Shown here: positions 1 through 9,401 of the stretch, piece after piece
Layout: every line of letters begins with the position of its first letter
How positions within the stretch are numbered: position 1 is the stretch's first letter
Source of the DNA: an uncultured Oxalobacter sp.
GTDB lineage: Bacteria; Pseudomonadota; Gammaproteobacteria; Burkholderiales; Burkholderiaceae_D
Direction: 5' to 3'
DNA: 37,718 bases
Assembly (NCBI GenBank): GCA_964534155.1
Contig: CAZHQM010000002.1
Location: 1-37,718, forward strand
The notes under the pieces: generated by a model
What the model saw: only the letters and a program-made list of their open reading frames with translations
What the model was told of the DNA's origin: nothing
The model's database searches: none
Position numbers and translations under genes: made by a program

Positions 1-1074
1 CATTGTCTTCAACACGGTCAATGTGTCTGTCCATGCTGTTCATGCGCTGGTTGAACTGAGCCTCGGTTGCTTTCAACTGGGCGAAGTTGACTGCATCGGT
101 ATCTGCTGTACCTGCTGCAACGCCTTGAACTCGGTTGCCACCCATGTTGACATTGCCCTGTTGGAAGACAACAGATTTTGGACCAGAGCCAATCTTGACA
201 GATTTGACTTTGATGTCATCTTTCAAAGAGATAGTAGCCTCAGTGTCGCCAGTCTTTTTAATCTGGATATTGTTGCCAGCTTTAATATCGCCGTAACCTG
301 AAGGGTCTTTGGTTCCTTGTTGCTGTTTGAAAGTGATTTTATTATCGGTAACTTCCATTTTGCTTGTGGATTTTGTGGCGGAAGAAACATTAACAGTTTC
401 TGTAACAATATTGCCAGCAGTATCCTTTACTGTTACAGTCAAGTCCCCATTATCAGTGATAAAAAGAGCTTTGTAATCATCCTTATTTGGCTTAAGAGTG
501 TCATTGGTGTCGACAATTTTTTCAGTAACTCCGGTACCATCAACCTTGACCTGATATTCGTTGATAACACCAGGTTTGGTTCCTGCAGTTTTTGCAACCT
601 CAACGGTTGCATGGGTATCTTTATCTGTATCCCGCCAAGTACCTACAGGCGTAGCCCCATCATTGGGTTTTCCATCGGTGACATCTGATTTCTTATACAG
701 AGAGTAATCTTTTACAACATTGGCATCTGTACCATCCTGTGCGATAACAACATAATCCTGTACAGTACCTTGCACAAGACCAACATCAGACCAGCCCGGA
801 CTTTGGGAAGGATCAAAGACAGGCTTGTTTTCCATGCCTTGTTTATAGTTACTGGTATCAACTTTCCATAGGTGTCCATTACTATCGATGAAAACTGTTC
901 CAAGAGAAGTTGCCGCCAACGCCTCACCACTGATTGCCATCATTGACAGACCCTTCACAGCAGCCGCAGCAACTGCTTTCACACTTTTTTCTTGCCATTG
1001 GCTTTTGCTAGTTCACTGGTGGCAGTGAACACACCCAGCGCCTTGTTGAATACAACTTTAAAAATTCTGTTCAT
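1..1074 (-). pseudogene. YadA-like trimeric autotransporter adhesin with ESPR extended signal peptide; frameshifted at the T6/A6 tract 985-990; runs off the left edge
   Basis: Manual translation: ATG at 1074 gives MNRIFKVVFNKALGVFTATSELAKANGKKKV* (ESPR-type start, stop at 981-979). The adjacent frame is open from ~985 to the window edge (SVKAVAAAAVKGLSMMAISGEALAA...NMGGNRVQGVAAGTADTDAVNFAQLK...) and contains the YadA neck/stalk motif. One extra A joins the frames. Confidence 0.8.
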
Positions 1075-1428
1075 TTTTATTCCCGATTTCAAAACATAGC
1101 TGATCTCAAAAGTTCAGCTATGGATACTGATTATTGAAAGTTTATGTTTACATATAGGTGCATTCTGTAGCAGAAGCCATCGGGTATCTATATAGAAACA
1201 ATGAAGTGTTGTTTTGTTGCAAAGAGATTTATATATCTACTAACGGATATTGGGGGTTTGTCGCGGGGAATGGAGGTGTTTCTTGATTGAAAGTTTGGGT
1301 ATTTTATAAATACGCAAACTATACTTGTGGGTATATAAACGTATTAATACGCTTTATTTCTGTTATTCGAAAATGTTTTTCAATCCTGAAAAGAACTTTT
1401 TATAGAGGTATTGTAAGGTGGGAGTTGT

Positions 1429-1485
1429 TCTTGGGCGTTTCTTTTTAGAATCGCTTTAAGTTGTTTTGTTTGGAAACGCCCAAGA
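1429..1485. repeat. Perfect 13-bp inverted repeat (TCTTGGGCGTTTC / GAAACGCCCAAGA) with a 31-bp spacer
   Basis: Arms at 1429-1441 and 1473-1485, read directly. Confidence 0.85.
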
Positions 1486-1513
1486 GTCTGTGAAAGCGGT
1501 TCAACCGCTCGCT

Positions 1514-2230
1514 TTAGCGGATGCTGCTGATGGTCTGCTTGGTCGAGAAACTGCCGCTGCCCAGATACAGCTGGACGGGATAGTAATAGTTGTCTTTGGC
1601 AAACCAGATTTTCATGGTCTGGTTCTTGCCATTGCTGCCAGAAACGACCACGGTCTCAAACTTACCGGCTGGGGTGGACAGGGTTTCCTGCCCGACAGCA
1701 CGGAATGTCCAGTCCTTGACATGGCGATGACCGATGACAGGGATGGTGTAATAGCTTCCTGATGCAAAGGTTGCCTTGTTTGCGTTGGCGATGGAAGACA
1801 GATGCCAGACAACACTGCTGTGATCCTGTGCCCGGCTGTTGAAGGTTACGTAGTCATCGCCATCGGATGGCATGTACTGTCTTTTTGCCTGATTGATGGA
1901 AGCTGAGAATTTCTTGTGCATCTTGGTTTCAGCATAGTTTGATGGTGCCAGCCCTCGGTTGTCCACGGTGCCTGAGCTTGATGAGTTCAGGACATTGCCA
2001 AAAAAGTTGACGGTGCAGTTGTCCTGCAGGCTGTAGGTTCTCAGGTTGGTTTTCCAGTTTATGACAGAGGTGCCAGACAGGCTCATGCCGTTGTAGGTCG
2101 CTGTCACCTTGTACTTCAAGGTTGCGGAAGGTGGAATAGCGGCATTGTAAGCAGGAGCGGCAGATGCTGGTCCGCTGGCAAGGATGGTGCCGAGTGCCAG
2201 AGATGCGCAGAGGATTTTGGTGGTTTTCAT
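1514..2230 (-). CDS. Secreted DUF3108-family protein
   Basis: Signal peptide; PPSATLKY, GLAPSNY, AQD, ETLSTPAGKFET and IWFAKDNYYYPVQ pattern typical of DUF3108; GGAGG RBS. Confidence 0.75.
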   Translation of the reverse strand: MKTTKILCASLALGTILASGPASAAPAYNAAIPPSATLKYKVTATYNGMSLSGTSVINWKTNLRTYSLQDNCTVNFFGNVLNSSSSGTVDNRGLAPSNYAETKMHKKFSASINQAKRQYMPSDGDDYVTFNSRAQDHSSVVWHLSSIANANKATFASGSYYTIPVIGHRHVKDWTFRAVGQETLSTPAGKFETVVVSGSNGKNQTMKIWFAKDNYYYPVQLYLGSGSFSTKQTISSIR

Positions 2231-2336
2231 TTCGGATTCCTCCTGTCATATGATATAAACCACGATATGGTTTCAGTACGGTTAAGTCAATGACCATTTA
2301 CTGATTGTTACGTTTACCTGCATTGGGGGGAGAGCT

Positions 2337-2822
2337 ATGGCATCTTTTGAGGCAAAAATCTGTGACCGTTCGACTATTCTGGCAAAGGTTGCCTCCCTGC
2401 CCAAGCCGGTCGTGCTCACAAACGGGGTGTTCGATATCCTGCATCGTGGGCATGTCACTTATCTTGATCAGGCGCGTGCGTTGGGTGCCTCGCTGGTGGT
2501 TGCTGTGAATACCGATGCCTCAGTCAAACGGTTGGGCAAAGGCGATGACCGCCCGATCAACACCTGCGAGGACCGCATGGCAGTGCTGGCAGCACTGGAA
2601 TCGGTCAGTGCTGTTGTGCCTTTTGAAGAGGATACGGCAGAGGCTGTTGTGAAACTGTGTCAGCCTGATATCTATGCCAAAGGTGGTGATTACGATATGT
2701 ATGCGATTCCTGAGGGCAAGGCGGTGCTGGCTTATGGCGGTCAGGTGAAAGCGATTGATTTCGAGTTTGACCGGTCAACTACTGCGCTTCTGAAGAAGGT
2801 TCGCGAGACTTCAGGAAAGTGA
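2337..2822 (+). CDS. rfaE2: ADP-heptose synthase adenylyltransferase (RfaE domain II)
   Basis: [12 protein letters not shown] (HxGH), [21 protein letters not shown]. Confidence 0.9.
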   Translation: MASFEAKICDRSTILAKVASLPKPVVLTNGVFDILHRGHVTYLDQARALGASLVVAVNTDASVKRLGKGDDRPINTCEDRMAVLAALESVSAVVPFEEDTAEAVVKLCQPDIYAKGGDYDMYAIPEGKAVLAYGGQVKAIDFEFDRSTTALLKKVRETSGK

Positions 2823-3672
2823 CGGGATAGACATCATTGTCATCGGTGGATGGCAGGTCTGCCGTTTTCTTGTCCTGATGCAGATTGATGAAGTCGTATT
2901 GGTTTCTGTCCATCATGTGTGATGGCACCAGGGTAGAGAGGGCTGAGAAGATGGTCTCGACCCTGCCTCTATACTGTTTCTCCCAATCTTTGATCATCTG
3001 CTTGATCTGACCACGCTGCGGATTTTCCTGAGCGCCACAGAGTCCTTTCGGTGTGAGTGGATACTGCTTGATGTCTGAGAGTTTTTCGAGGTCGCTTTCC
3101 TTGATGTATGCCATCGGGCGGATGACGACATGGCGTCCATCATCGGTCTTGAGTTTAGGTGGCATGCCCTTGATCTTCGCGCTGTAGAACAGGTTCAGGA
3201 AGAAGGTCTCAAGGATGTCATCCCGATGATGGCCGAGTGCAATCTTGGTGGCACCAAGGTCATCGGCAAGGTTGTAGAGGATGCCGCGGCGCAGGCGGGA
3301 GCAGAGTGAGCAGATGGCCTTGTTTTCAGGAATCAGACGCTCGATGATGCTGAAGGCATCCTGTGTCTCGATGTGGAACGGAATGCCTTTTTCCTTGAGG
3401 TAGGTGGGCATCAGGTCTTTCGGATAACCTGGCAGATTCATGTCGAGGTTGACGGCAATCAGGTTAAAATGAATGGGCGCCCGTTTCTGCAGGATCATGA
3501 GAATGTCGAGGAGGGCGTAGCTGTCTTTGCCGCCAGACATGCAGACCATGATCCGGTCGCCTTCCTCTATCATGTTGTAATCCTTGACCGCTTTGCCGGC
3601 AAGACGCAGCAAGCGCTTGGAGAGTTTGTTGCTCTCATAGTCTGCCTTATGGAATTGCCGATAAGTGGTCAT
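2779..3672 (-). CDS. ttcA: tRNA 2-thiocytidine(32) synthetase
   Basis: SGGKDS PP-loop, [21 protein letters not shown]. Confidence 0.95.
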   Translation of the reverse strand: MTTYRQFHKADYESNKLSKRLLRLAGKAVKDYNMIEEGDRIMVCMSGGKDSYALLDILMILQKRAPIHFNLIAVNLDMNLPGYPKDLMPTYLKEKGIPFHIETQDAFSIIERLIPENKAICSLCSRLRRGILYNLADDLGATKIALGHHRDDILETFFLNLFYSAKIKGMPPKLKTDDGRHVVIRPMAYIKESDLEKLSDIKQYPLTPKGLCGAQENPQRGQIKQMIKDWEKQYRGRVETIFSALSTLVPSHMMDRNQYDFINLHQDKKTADLPSTDDNDVYPVTFLKSREPSSEAQ

Positions 3673-3686
3673 ATCTTCGCTTATTT

Positions 3687-4082
3687 TCAGTCTTCGTCTT
3701 TGAAGCGGAATGTCTCAACGCCAATGCTGTCGCAATCTTCGTAAGCGGCAGGTTTTTCTGACGAGATCCTGACCGCAACGACATCAGGATGAGCCAGCAG
3801 CATTTTGGCGACATCATCAATCAGGGTTTCCTGAAGGTTGATGTGTCCTTCTGATGTGCGCGAGGCAAGGGTCTCACGGATGAAATCATAGTCGATGACT
3901 TCATCGATGTTGTCATTGACCGGTGTGGAGCGTGACAGGGGACTAAACAGGTCGACATTGATCAGGACCTTTTGAGCCCCCTTTTTTTCAAAATCGTAAA
4001 TACCAATCTGGATCGGTACTTCAAAATTTCTCAGGAAGAAGCGTCGGCAGTTCCTGAGTTTCGGGTGAAGCAGTGCGTACAT
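3687..4082 (-). CDS. folB: Dihydroneopterin aldolase
   Basis: IGIYDFEK, IDYD, HINLQETL, EKP motifs; adjacent to ttcA. Confidence 0.85.
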   Translation of the reverse strand: MYALLHPKLRNCRRFFLRNFEVPIQIGIYDFEKKGAQKVLINVDLFSPLSRSTPVNDNIDEVIDYDFIRETLASRTSEGHINLQETLIDDVAKMLLAHPDVVAVRISSEKPAAYEDCDSIGVETFRFKDED

Positions 4083-4265
4083 AAAAGCCTTGTTGATGCG
4101 TTTGCCTTGGGGATCTGTTGTCCTGACAGGAGTATACGTCAGGTTTGTCTGGTCTATTCTTCCTGAAATACAGGGAGATTGTCTGTTTTACCACAGGCTT
4201 ATCGTGGTGTGGCGTCAGAGAAACGGCATTTTACTCCGAAGCAGACAGGAATAGGTGTGCAGGTG

Positions 4266-4664
4266 TCACCAGCTGGCTTTGACTTTGCGGATCTTGCGGG
4301 CATCCCGTTTGGTTGGACGGCCCTTTTCGATGGTCAGGGCTGGCTCATATGCCAGTCTGCGCATTTCAGCGGCGTGCTCGCGTTTTTCTTTTGATGCCTC
4401 TGTTTCAGCATAGAGCTGTTGAGCTACTGGCGCGGAACCCCGCACACTGGAGATACCGAGTACCTCAACTTCGTATCTGTCATCGCCCTGTTCAATCTGC
4501 AGCATATCGCCAGGCTTGACTTCACGTGCGGGTTTTACCTTCTGCCCATCAATGCGGACTCTGCCCAGATCAATAGCATCCTGTGCCAGTGAACGGGTCT
4601 TGAAGAAGCGTGCCGCCCAGAGCCATTTATCGATGCGGATGGAGGTGAGTTCCTGCTGTGCCAT
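4266..4664 (-). CDS. hslR: Ribosome-associated heat shock protein Hsp15 (S4 domain)
   Basis: RIDKWLWAARFFKTRSLA...GRPTKRDAR. Confidence 0.92.
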   Translation of the reverse strand: MAQQELTSIRIDKWLWAARFFKTRSLAQDAIDLGRVRIDGQKVKPAREVKPGDMLQIEQGDDRYEVEVLGISSVRGSAPVAQQLYAETEASKEKREHAAEMRRLAYEPALTIEKGRPTKRDARKIRKVKASW

Positions 4665-4740
4665 ACTGTGTGCCTGTTGGTGAAGATATCTGCGGTATTA
4701 TAAGGCTGTTTATTGATGGCTTCTGCTGAATCTGCTGAGA

Positions 4741-5904
4741 ATGACAATGATGGATTTTCCTGTGCCGGATGATGATGCCCAGTTGGTTTCTGACCGACTT
4801 CGGGCGTTGATTGCTGACCGCATTGCTGGTGTGGGCGGCAGGGTGTCATTTGCCGATTATATGCAGTGGGTGCTGTATGAGCCCGCACTCGGCTATTACA
4901 GTGGTGGCTCGCATAAGCTGGGAGCAGAGGGTGATTTTGTAACTGCGCCAGAGTTGGGCAATCTGTTTGGGCGGACGCTTGCTAGGGCGATTGTGCCATT
5001 GCTTGAACAGACAGAGGGGCAGATCCTGGAGTTCGGAGCAGGGACAGGACGGTTGGCACAGACCATCTTGGCTGAGTTGGATGCAATGGATGTTCCATTG
5101 GCTCGGTACAGCATTCTGGACCTGTCTGGCGAGTTGAGAGAGCGGCAGGCATCACTGCTTGGGCATGACAGTCGGGTGCAGTGGCTGTCTGCTCTGCCGG
5201 AATCTGTCTCGGGTGTGGTGGTTGCCAATGAGGTCCTTGATGCGATGCCGGTAAAGCTGGTCTGCTGGCGGAATGGGCAATGGATGGAGCGGTGTGTCGC
5301 CTGCGAGGGTGACAGCTTCTGCTTTGTGGATTGTACTGCTTCTGAAATGCTCCTGTCCGAGATAAAGGAGTCGCTGCCAACGGATTTTGATGTGTCAGCT
5401 TTGCCTGACGGGTATATGACTGAGATGCATCCGCATATGACAGGTTTTATCCGCAGTCTGGCAGGCATGATGGGGCAGGGGCGTTGTGCGGCTGTGTTGG
5501 TGGATTATGGGTTCCCTGCCCATGAATATTATCTGGCTGACCGTTCGGAAGGGACGTTGATGTGCCACTACCGCCATATGGCGCATGACGATCCGTTTTA
5601 TCTGCCAGGATTGCAGGATGTGACCTCCCATGTGAATTTCAGTGCCGTGGCAGAAGCGGCTTCTGTCTCTGGATTGGATGTGCTGTGTTACAGCAGTCAG
5701 GCGAATTTCCTGATGGCATCAGGGATGATGGACTTTCTGTCAGATGCCTGCCGGCCAGATGCTGAGCGGGCAAAGCTGATGCAGGAGGCGATGAAACTGC
5801 TTTCGCCTGCGGAGATGGGGGAGCTGTTCAAGGTGATGGTGCTTGGGCATGATATTGAACCGTCTGAAACGATGCTGCAGATAGACCGCAGTGGCAGGTT
5901 ATGA
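4741..5904 (+). CDS. MidA/NDUFAF7-family SAM-dependent methyltransferase
   Basis: GDFVTAPE, LEFGAGTG, NEVLDAMP, DYG, QDVTSHVNF, MGELFKV. Confidence 0.9.
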   Translation: MTMMDFPVPDDDAQLVSDRLRALIADRIAGVGGRVSFADYMQWVLYEPALGYYSGGSHKLGAEGDFVTAPELGNLFGRTLARAIVPLLEQTEGQILEFGAGTGRLAQTILAELDAMDVPLARYSILDLSGELRERQASLLGHDSRVQWLSALPESVSGVVVANEVLDAMPVKLVCWRNGQWMERCVACEGDSFCFVDCTASEMLLSEIKESLPTDFDVSALPDGYMTEMHPHMTGFIRSLAGMMGQGRCAAVLVDYGFPAHEYYLADRSEGTLMCHYRHMAHDDPFYLPGLQDVTSHVNFSAVAEAASVSGLDVLCYSSQANFLMASGMMDFLSDACRPDAERAKLMQEAMKLLSPAEMGELFKVMVLGHDIEPSETMLQIDRSGRL

Positions 5905-5959
5905 TGATGGAATGCGTGCTACACTGAATGCGTCGATTGGTAAACCATAGGAGACATTC

Positions 5960-6286
5960 ATGAAGAAAATCCTGGCAGGTCTGGCTGTTGCCTCGCTGGC
6001 TTTGGGCTGTGTATCTACATCAGTTGCTGGCAATGTGGATAGTCAGTGCCGGTTCAATGGCAAACGGCTTTATGGCAAGGTGAAGGTTGTTGATTCTTTT
6101 CCTGACATCAAGGTTCAGGTTGTCAGGTCTTTCCCTGACCTGAAAGTGAAGAAGGTCAGCAGTTTTCCTGACAGCTGTGGGAAATGGCAGTTTGTCGATT
6201 CTTTCCCGGACATCAAGGTCAAGTTTGTGGATTCGTTCCCTGATGTGAAGATCCAGTATGTGGATGCGTTTCCTGGGAAGCCATGA
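5960..6286 (+). CDS. Secreted small repeat protein (VxxVDSFPD units), resembles 7(1)-knot family
   Basis: Signal peptide, AGGAG RBS, six (D/R/S)(S/A)FP(D/G) repeats around a CGKWQFV centre. Confidence 0.75.
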   Translation: MKKILAGLAVASLALGCVSTSVAGNVDSQCRFNGKRLYGKVKVVDSFPDIKVQVVRSFPDLKVKKVSSFPDSCGKWQFVDSFPDIKVKFVDSFPDVKIQYVDAFPGKP

Positions 6287-6311
6287 TGTTTTAGGCAGGA
6301 TATGAAAACAG

Positions 6312-6337
6312 AAAAGCCGCCCATTGGACGGCTTTTT
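6312..6337. terminator. Bidirectional intrinsic terminator
   Basis: AAAAGCCG-loop-CGGCTTTTT between convergent genes. Confidence 0.75.
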
Positions 6338-6356
6338 GCATGTGGATGCCTGATGC

Positions 6357-6944
6357 TTATTTAAGCAGCATGGCTTTTTCGACAGGTTCAGACCAGATGA
6401 AGCCTTTGTCATTCTTGGTTGGGTCGAATTTGTCACGACGCATATCCATGCCCCAGCCACCACGGCCAGAGGAGGTTTCTGCCCAGCCGACGAGGCTGAT
6501 TGCGACAGGCAGTTTGACTTTGGTTGCCTTAGGGTCTTTCAGCTGTTCATAGCCCTTGACTGCGACCTGTTCAAGGATTCGCTGTGCAGGAGGAGAACAG
6601 TCTTCACGCAGGTAGTCACGTGCTTTCGGTGTTGCGAGGACTTTCTGCCAATCGGTTTGACCTGGTGCGGTTCTGTGCAGGCCTTTGAAGAACTGGTAGG
6701 CGCCAGTCTGTTCATCGTTGAAACGGATTTCGAATTCGTACTGGGCGATGTAGCTCCAGATGCCTGGCAGTGAGTCGGTCTTCTTGTATCCGTTGACTTT
6801 GACCCATTTACACTGGTATGCCTTGCTGAGCATTTCAGTCATATCGTCATCGTTTGGTCTTGCGCAGCCTGTCATGGAGATTGCGACAGGAGCAAGGCAG
6901 AGGCATAAGAGCGCTGATCTGTATTTCTTGAGGTTGAATTTCAT
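6357..6944 (-). CDS. Hypothetical lipoprotein
   Basis: Basic N-terminus, hydrophobic stretch, MTG-C lipobox-like site; 195 aa. Confidence 0.7.
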   Translation of the reverse strand: MKFNLKKYRSALLCLCLAPVAISMTGCARPNDDDMTEMLSKAYQCKWVKVNGYKKTDSLPGIWSYIAQYEFEIRFNDEQTGAYQFFKGLHRTAPGQTDWQKVLATPKARDYLREDCSPPAQRILEQVAVKGYEQLKDPKATKVKLPVAISLVGWAETSSGRGGWGMDMRRDKFDPTKNDKGFIWSEPVEKAMLLK

Positions 6945-7091
6945 GGGTATTCTCTGTCAGACGTGTTGGTCAGACCGTTAAATTGAAAAACTGTTCCATT
7001 TTACTGAAAAAAATCTTCAGGAAACAGTGAATCGGCAGGGATGATGTTTATCGTTGACCGTTTTTGCATCATCCCGTGCGGAATATGTGGG

Positions 7092-7454
7092 TCAGATGCC
7101 CCACATGATGTTCTTTTCTTCGCGGATGGCGGCTTTCAGCATCTGCAGGAAAGGATAACTCCGGGTTGCGAAGCCGATGCGTGGACCATCTTCTTTTTCT
7201 CTTTCCTCATTGCCATTGACAGGTTTCTTCGCTGCCTTCTGTTCCAGTTTCACCCGTTCGAGAGTGGTCATCTGTTCCAACTGTTTGAGTTTTTCAATCT
7301 GGTCTTCGATTTTCTTTGCTGCAGCTGGTGCCTCAGCTGCGGTGATGACGCCTTTTTTCAGATCCTTGCCGAGCAGGTCAAGGATTGGTTTTGCGTCTTT
7401 TTCAATCATCATGATGTCGGCTGCCGCACGGCATTTGAATACGATGAGTGCCAT
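7092..7454 (-). CDS. DUF1840-family protein
   Basis: LIVFKCRAAADIMM...LLGK...GVIT...RSYPFLQML...MWG pattern; AGGAG RBS. Confidence 0.75.
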   Translation of the reverse strand: MALIVFKCRAAADIMMIEKDAKPILDLLGKDLKKGVITAAEAPAAAKKIEDQIEKLKQLEQMTTLERVKLEQKAAKKPVNGNEEREKEDGPRIGFATRSYPFLQMLKAAIREEKNIMWGI

Positions 7455-7466
7455 TTTGTTCTCCTT

Positions 7467-8981
7467 TTAATATTCTTTCAGAGCTCTCCGATACTGGATG
7501 GCTTCTGCAATATGCTGCGGTGTAATCTGGGCGGATGCCTCAAGATCGGCAATGGTCCGGGCTATCCTGAGTACCCGGTGGTACGCCCTCGCAGACCACA
7601 TGAAACGGGTCATTGCTGTCTTGAGCAGGGTTTCGCCTGTCTTGTCTGGTTTGCAGAGCTGGTCAATCTCGCCCGCAGTGAGCAGGTTATTGGGCTTGCT
7701 CTGTCGTTCTATCTGGATACGGTAAGCTTTTTCGACCCGTTCGGCAATATCTTTCGATGGTTCGCCATCAGATTGCTGTGCCAGCTCTTCTTGGGTGAGT
7801 GAACCGATCTGGATCTGGATGTCGATGCGGTCCAGTAATGGTCCTGACAGTTTCCGCTGGTATCGGGCGATATTATCAGGTGTGCAGTGGCATTTGCCTG
7901 ATGGATGCCCCTGCCAACCGCATGGACAGGGGTTCATGGCGGCTATGAGCTGGAACTGGGCAGGAAATTCTGCCTGACGGGCAGCGCGCGAGATGACGAT
8001 GTGTCCGGATTCCAGGGGTTCACGCAGGACTTCAAGGACATGCCGGTCGAATTCAGGGAGCTCATCCAGAAACAGGACGCCATGATGTGCCAGTGAAATC
8101 TCGCCAGGGCGTGGATTGCCCCCTCCACCAATCAAGGCAACACCTGATGCGGTGTGATGCGGTGAACGGAATGGGCGGACTTTCCAGCGTTTGGGGGTGA
8201 AGCCCCCGTTCAGCGACTGGACGGCTGCAGACTCAATAGCTTCCTGTTCTGTCATCGGTGGCAGGATGCCGGGGAAGCGGGATGCCAGCATGGTTTTACC
8301 AGTGCCTGGAGGACCGCTCATCAGAACGCTGTGTCTGCCTGCTGCTGCGATTTCAAGTGCCCGCTTGGCTTTCAGCTGACCTTTGACCTCGCTGAAGTCT
8401 GGATAATGGGGTGCCTGTTGGGCTGCCTCAGGCTGATATGGCTGAAGCATCGGTGTCGATGATGCGGTATTCAGATGGGCGCAGATATCAAGCAGTGTCA
8501 GGGCTGGCAGGATGATGAGCCCTTTGACAAAGGCGGCTTCATCAGCATTGGCGGCAGGCAGGACAAAAGCTCGTGGTTTCTGATCTGACTGGCGGATTGC
8601 CCATGCCATTGCCAGCGCTCCCTTGATGGGTCTGAGTTCGCCTGACAGTGAGAGTTCGCCTGCAAATTCAAACTGGTCGAGACGGTCTGCCTGTATCTGG
8701 CCAGATGCGGCGAGGATGCCAAGCGCGATAGGCAGGTCAAAGCGGCCTGATTCCTTGGGGAGGTCTGCTGGTGCCAGATTGACGGTGATGCGTCTGGCTG
8801 GCATTTCAAAATTGGCATTCTGAATAGCCGCCCGAACCCTGTCCTTGGCTTCTTTGACCTCGGTGTCAGGAAGCCCAACGATAGTGAAGGCGGGCAGTCC
8901 GTTTGCGATATGTACCTCAACGGTGACTTCAGGGGCATCCATGCCTGCCAGTGCCCGGCTTTTCAGAATGGCAAGAGTCAT
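7467..8981 (-). CDS. comM: YifB/ComM Mg-chelatase-like AAA+ ATPase
   Basis: VNLAPADLPKESGRFDL, GPPGTGKT, PFRSPHH, LFLDELPEF, AAMNPCPCG. Confidence 0.92.
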   Translation of the reverse strand: MTLAILKSRALAGMDAPEVTVEVHIANGLPAFTIVGLPDTEVKEAKDRVRAAIQNANFEMPARRITVNLAPADLPKESGRFDLPIALGILAASGQIQADRLDQFEFAGELSLSGELRPIKGALAMAWAIRQSDQKPRAFVLPAANADEAAFVKGLIILPALTLLDICAHLNTASSTPMLQPYQPEAAQQAPHYPDFSEVKGQLKAKRALEIAAAGRHSVLMSGPPGTGKTMLASRFPGILPPMTEQEAIESAAVQSLNGGFTPKRWKVRPFRSPHHTASGVALIGGGGNPRPGEISLAHHGVLFLDELPEFDRHVLEVLREPLESGHIVISRAARQAEFPAQFQLIAAMNPCPCGWQGHPSGKCHCTPDNIARYQRKLSGPLLDRIDIQIQIGSLTQEELAQQSDGEPSKDIAERVEKAYRIQIERQSKPNNLLTAGEIDQLCKPDKTGETLLKTAMTRFMWSARAYHRVLRIARTIADLEASAQITPQHIAEAIQYRRALKEY

Positions 8982-9232
8982 TTTTCAGAATCCTGCTGGG
9001 ATGCCAGTTTTGCTTCAAGTTCTGCAACCCGTTTTTCCAGTGCCGCGACAGAAGCTCGCAGCTGGGTGAGGGTCAGTTTCTGGACTTCAAAGTCTTCGGT
9101 GGTGACAACATCCAGCTTTGCGACTGCCTGGGTCAGCATGGCACGGAAGTTCTGTTCCATATCTTTCAAAGGTGAATTTTCAATCAGGGGACCGATGGTT
9201 GCCTGAAGGTTGTCCAGAATGCTTTTGTTCAT
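8978..9232 (-). CDS. ubiK: Ubiquinone biosynthesis accessory factor UbiK (YqiC/BMFP family)
   Basis: KLDVVTTEDFEVQ plus C-terminal coiled coil; ATGA overlap with comM. Confidence 0.8.
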   Translation of the reverse strand: MNKSILDNLQATIGPLIENSPLKDMEQNFRAMLTQAVAKLDVVTTEDFEVQKLTLTQLRASVAALEKRVAELEAKLASQQDSEK

Positions 9233-9401
9233 GTCTTGTCCTTTGATGGTTGCATGGCATGGAATCGATTGCCTTTAAAGGTTATTTTATCAGCAGTTCT
9301 GCAAGGCTGGATTGCTGTTGCAGGAGAGATGTGTCCTGCTGACTTTTGATAAAATCATGGAATTGCAATGGCAACGGGATTGAAAGGGTGTGAGGCATAA
9401 A

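Noticed and set aside
2779-2822. 44-bp convergent overlap of rfaE2 and ttcA
   Set aside because: It involves only variable C-terminal tails; short convergent overlaps are common.
6075-6280. CRISPR-like or DNA tandem repeat
   Set aside because: Repeats are in-frame, degenerate at third positions and have no unique spacers; this is a protein repeat.
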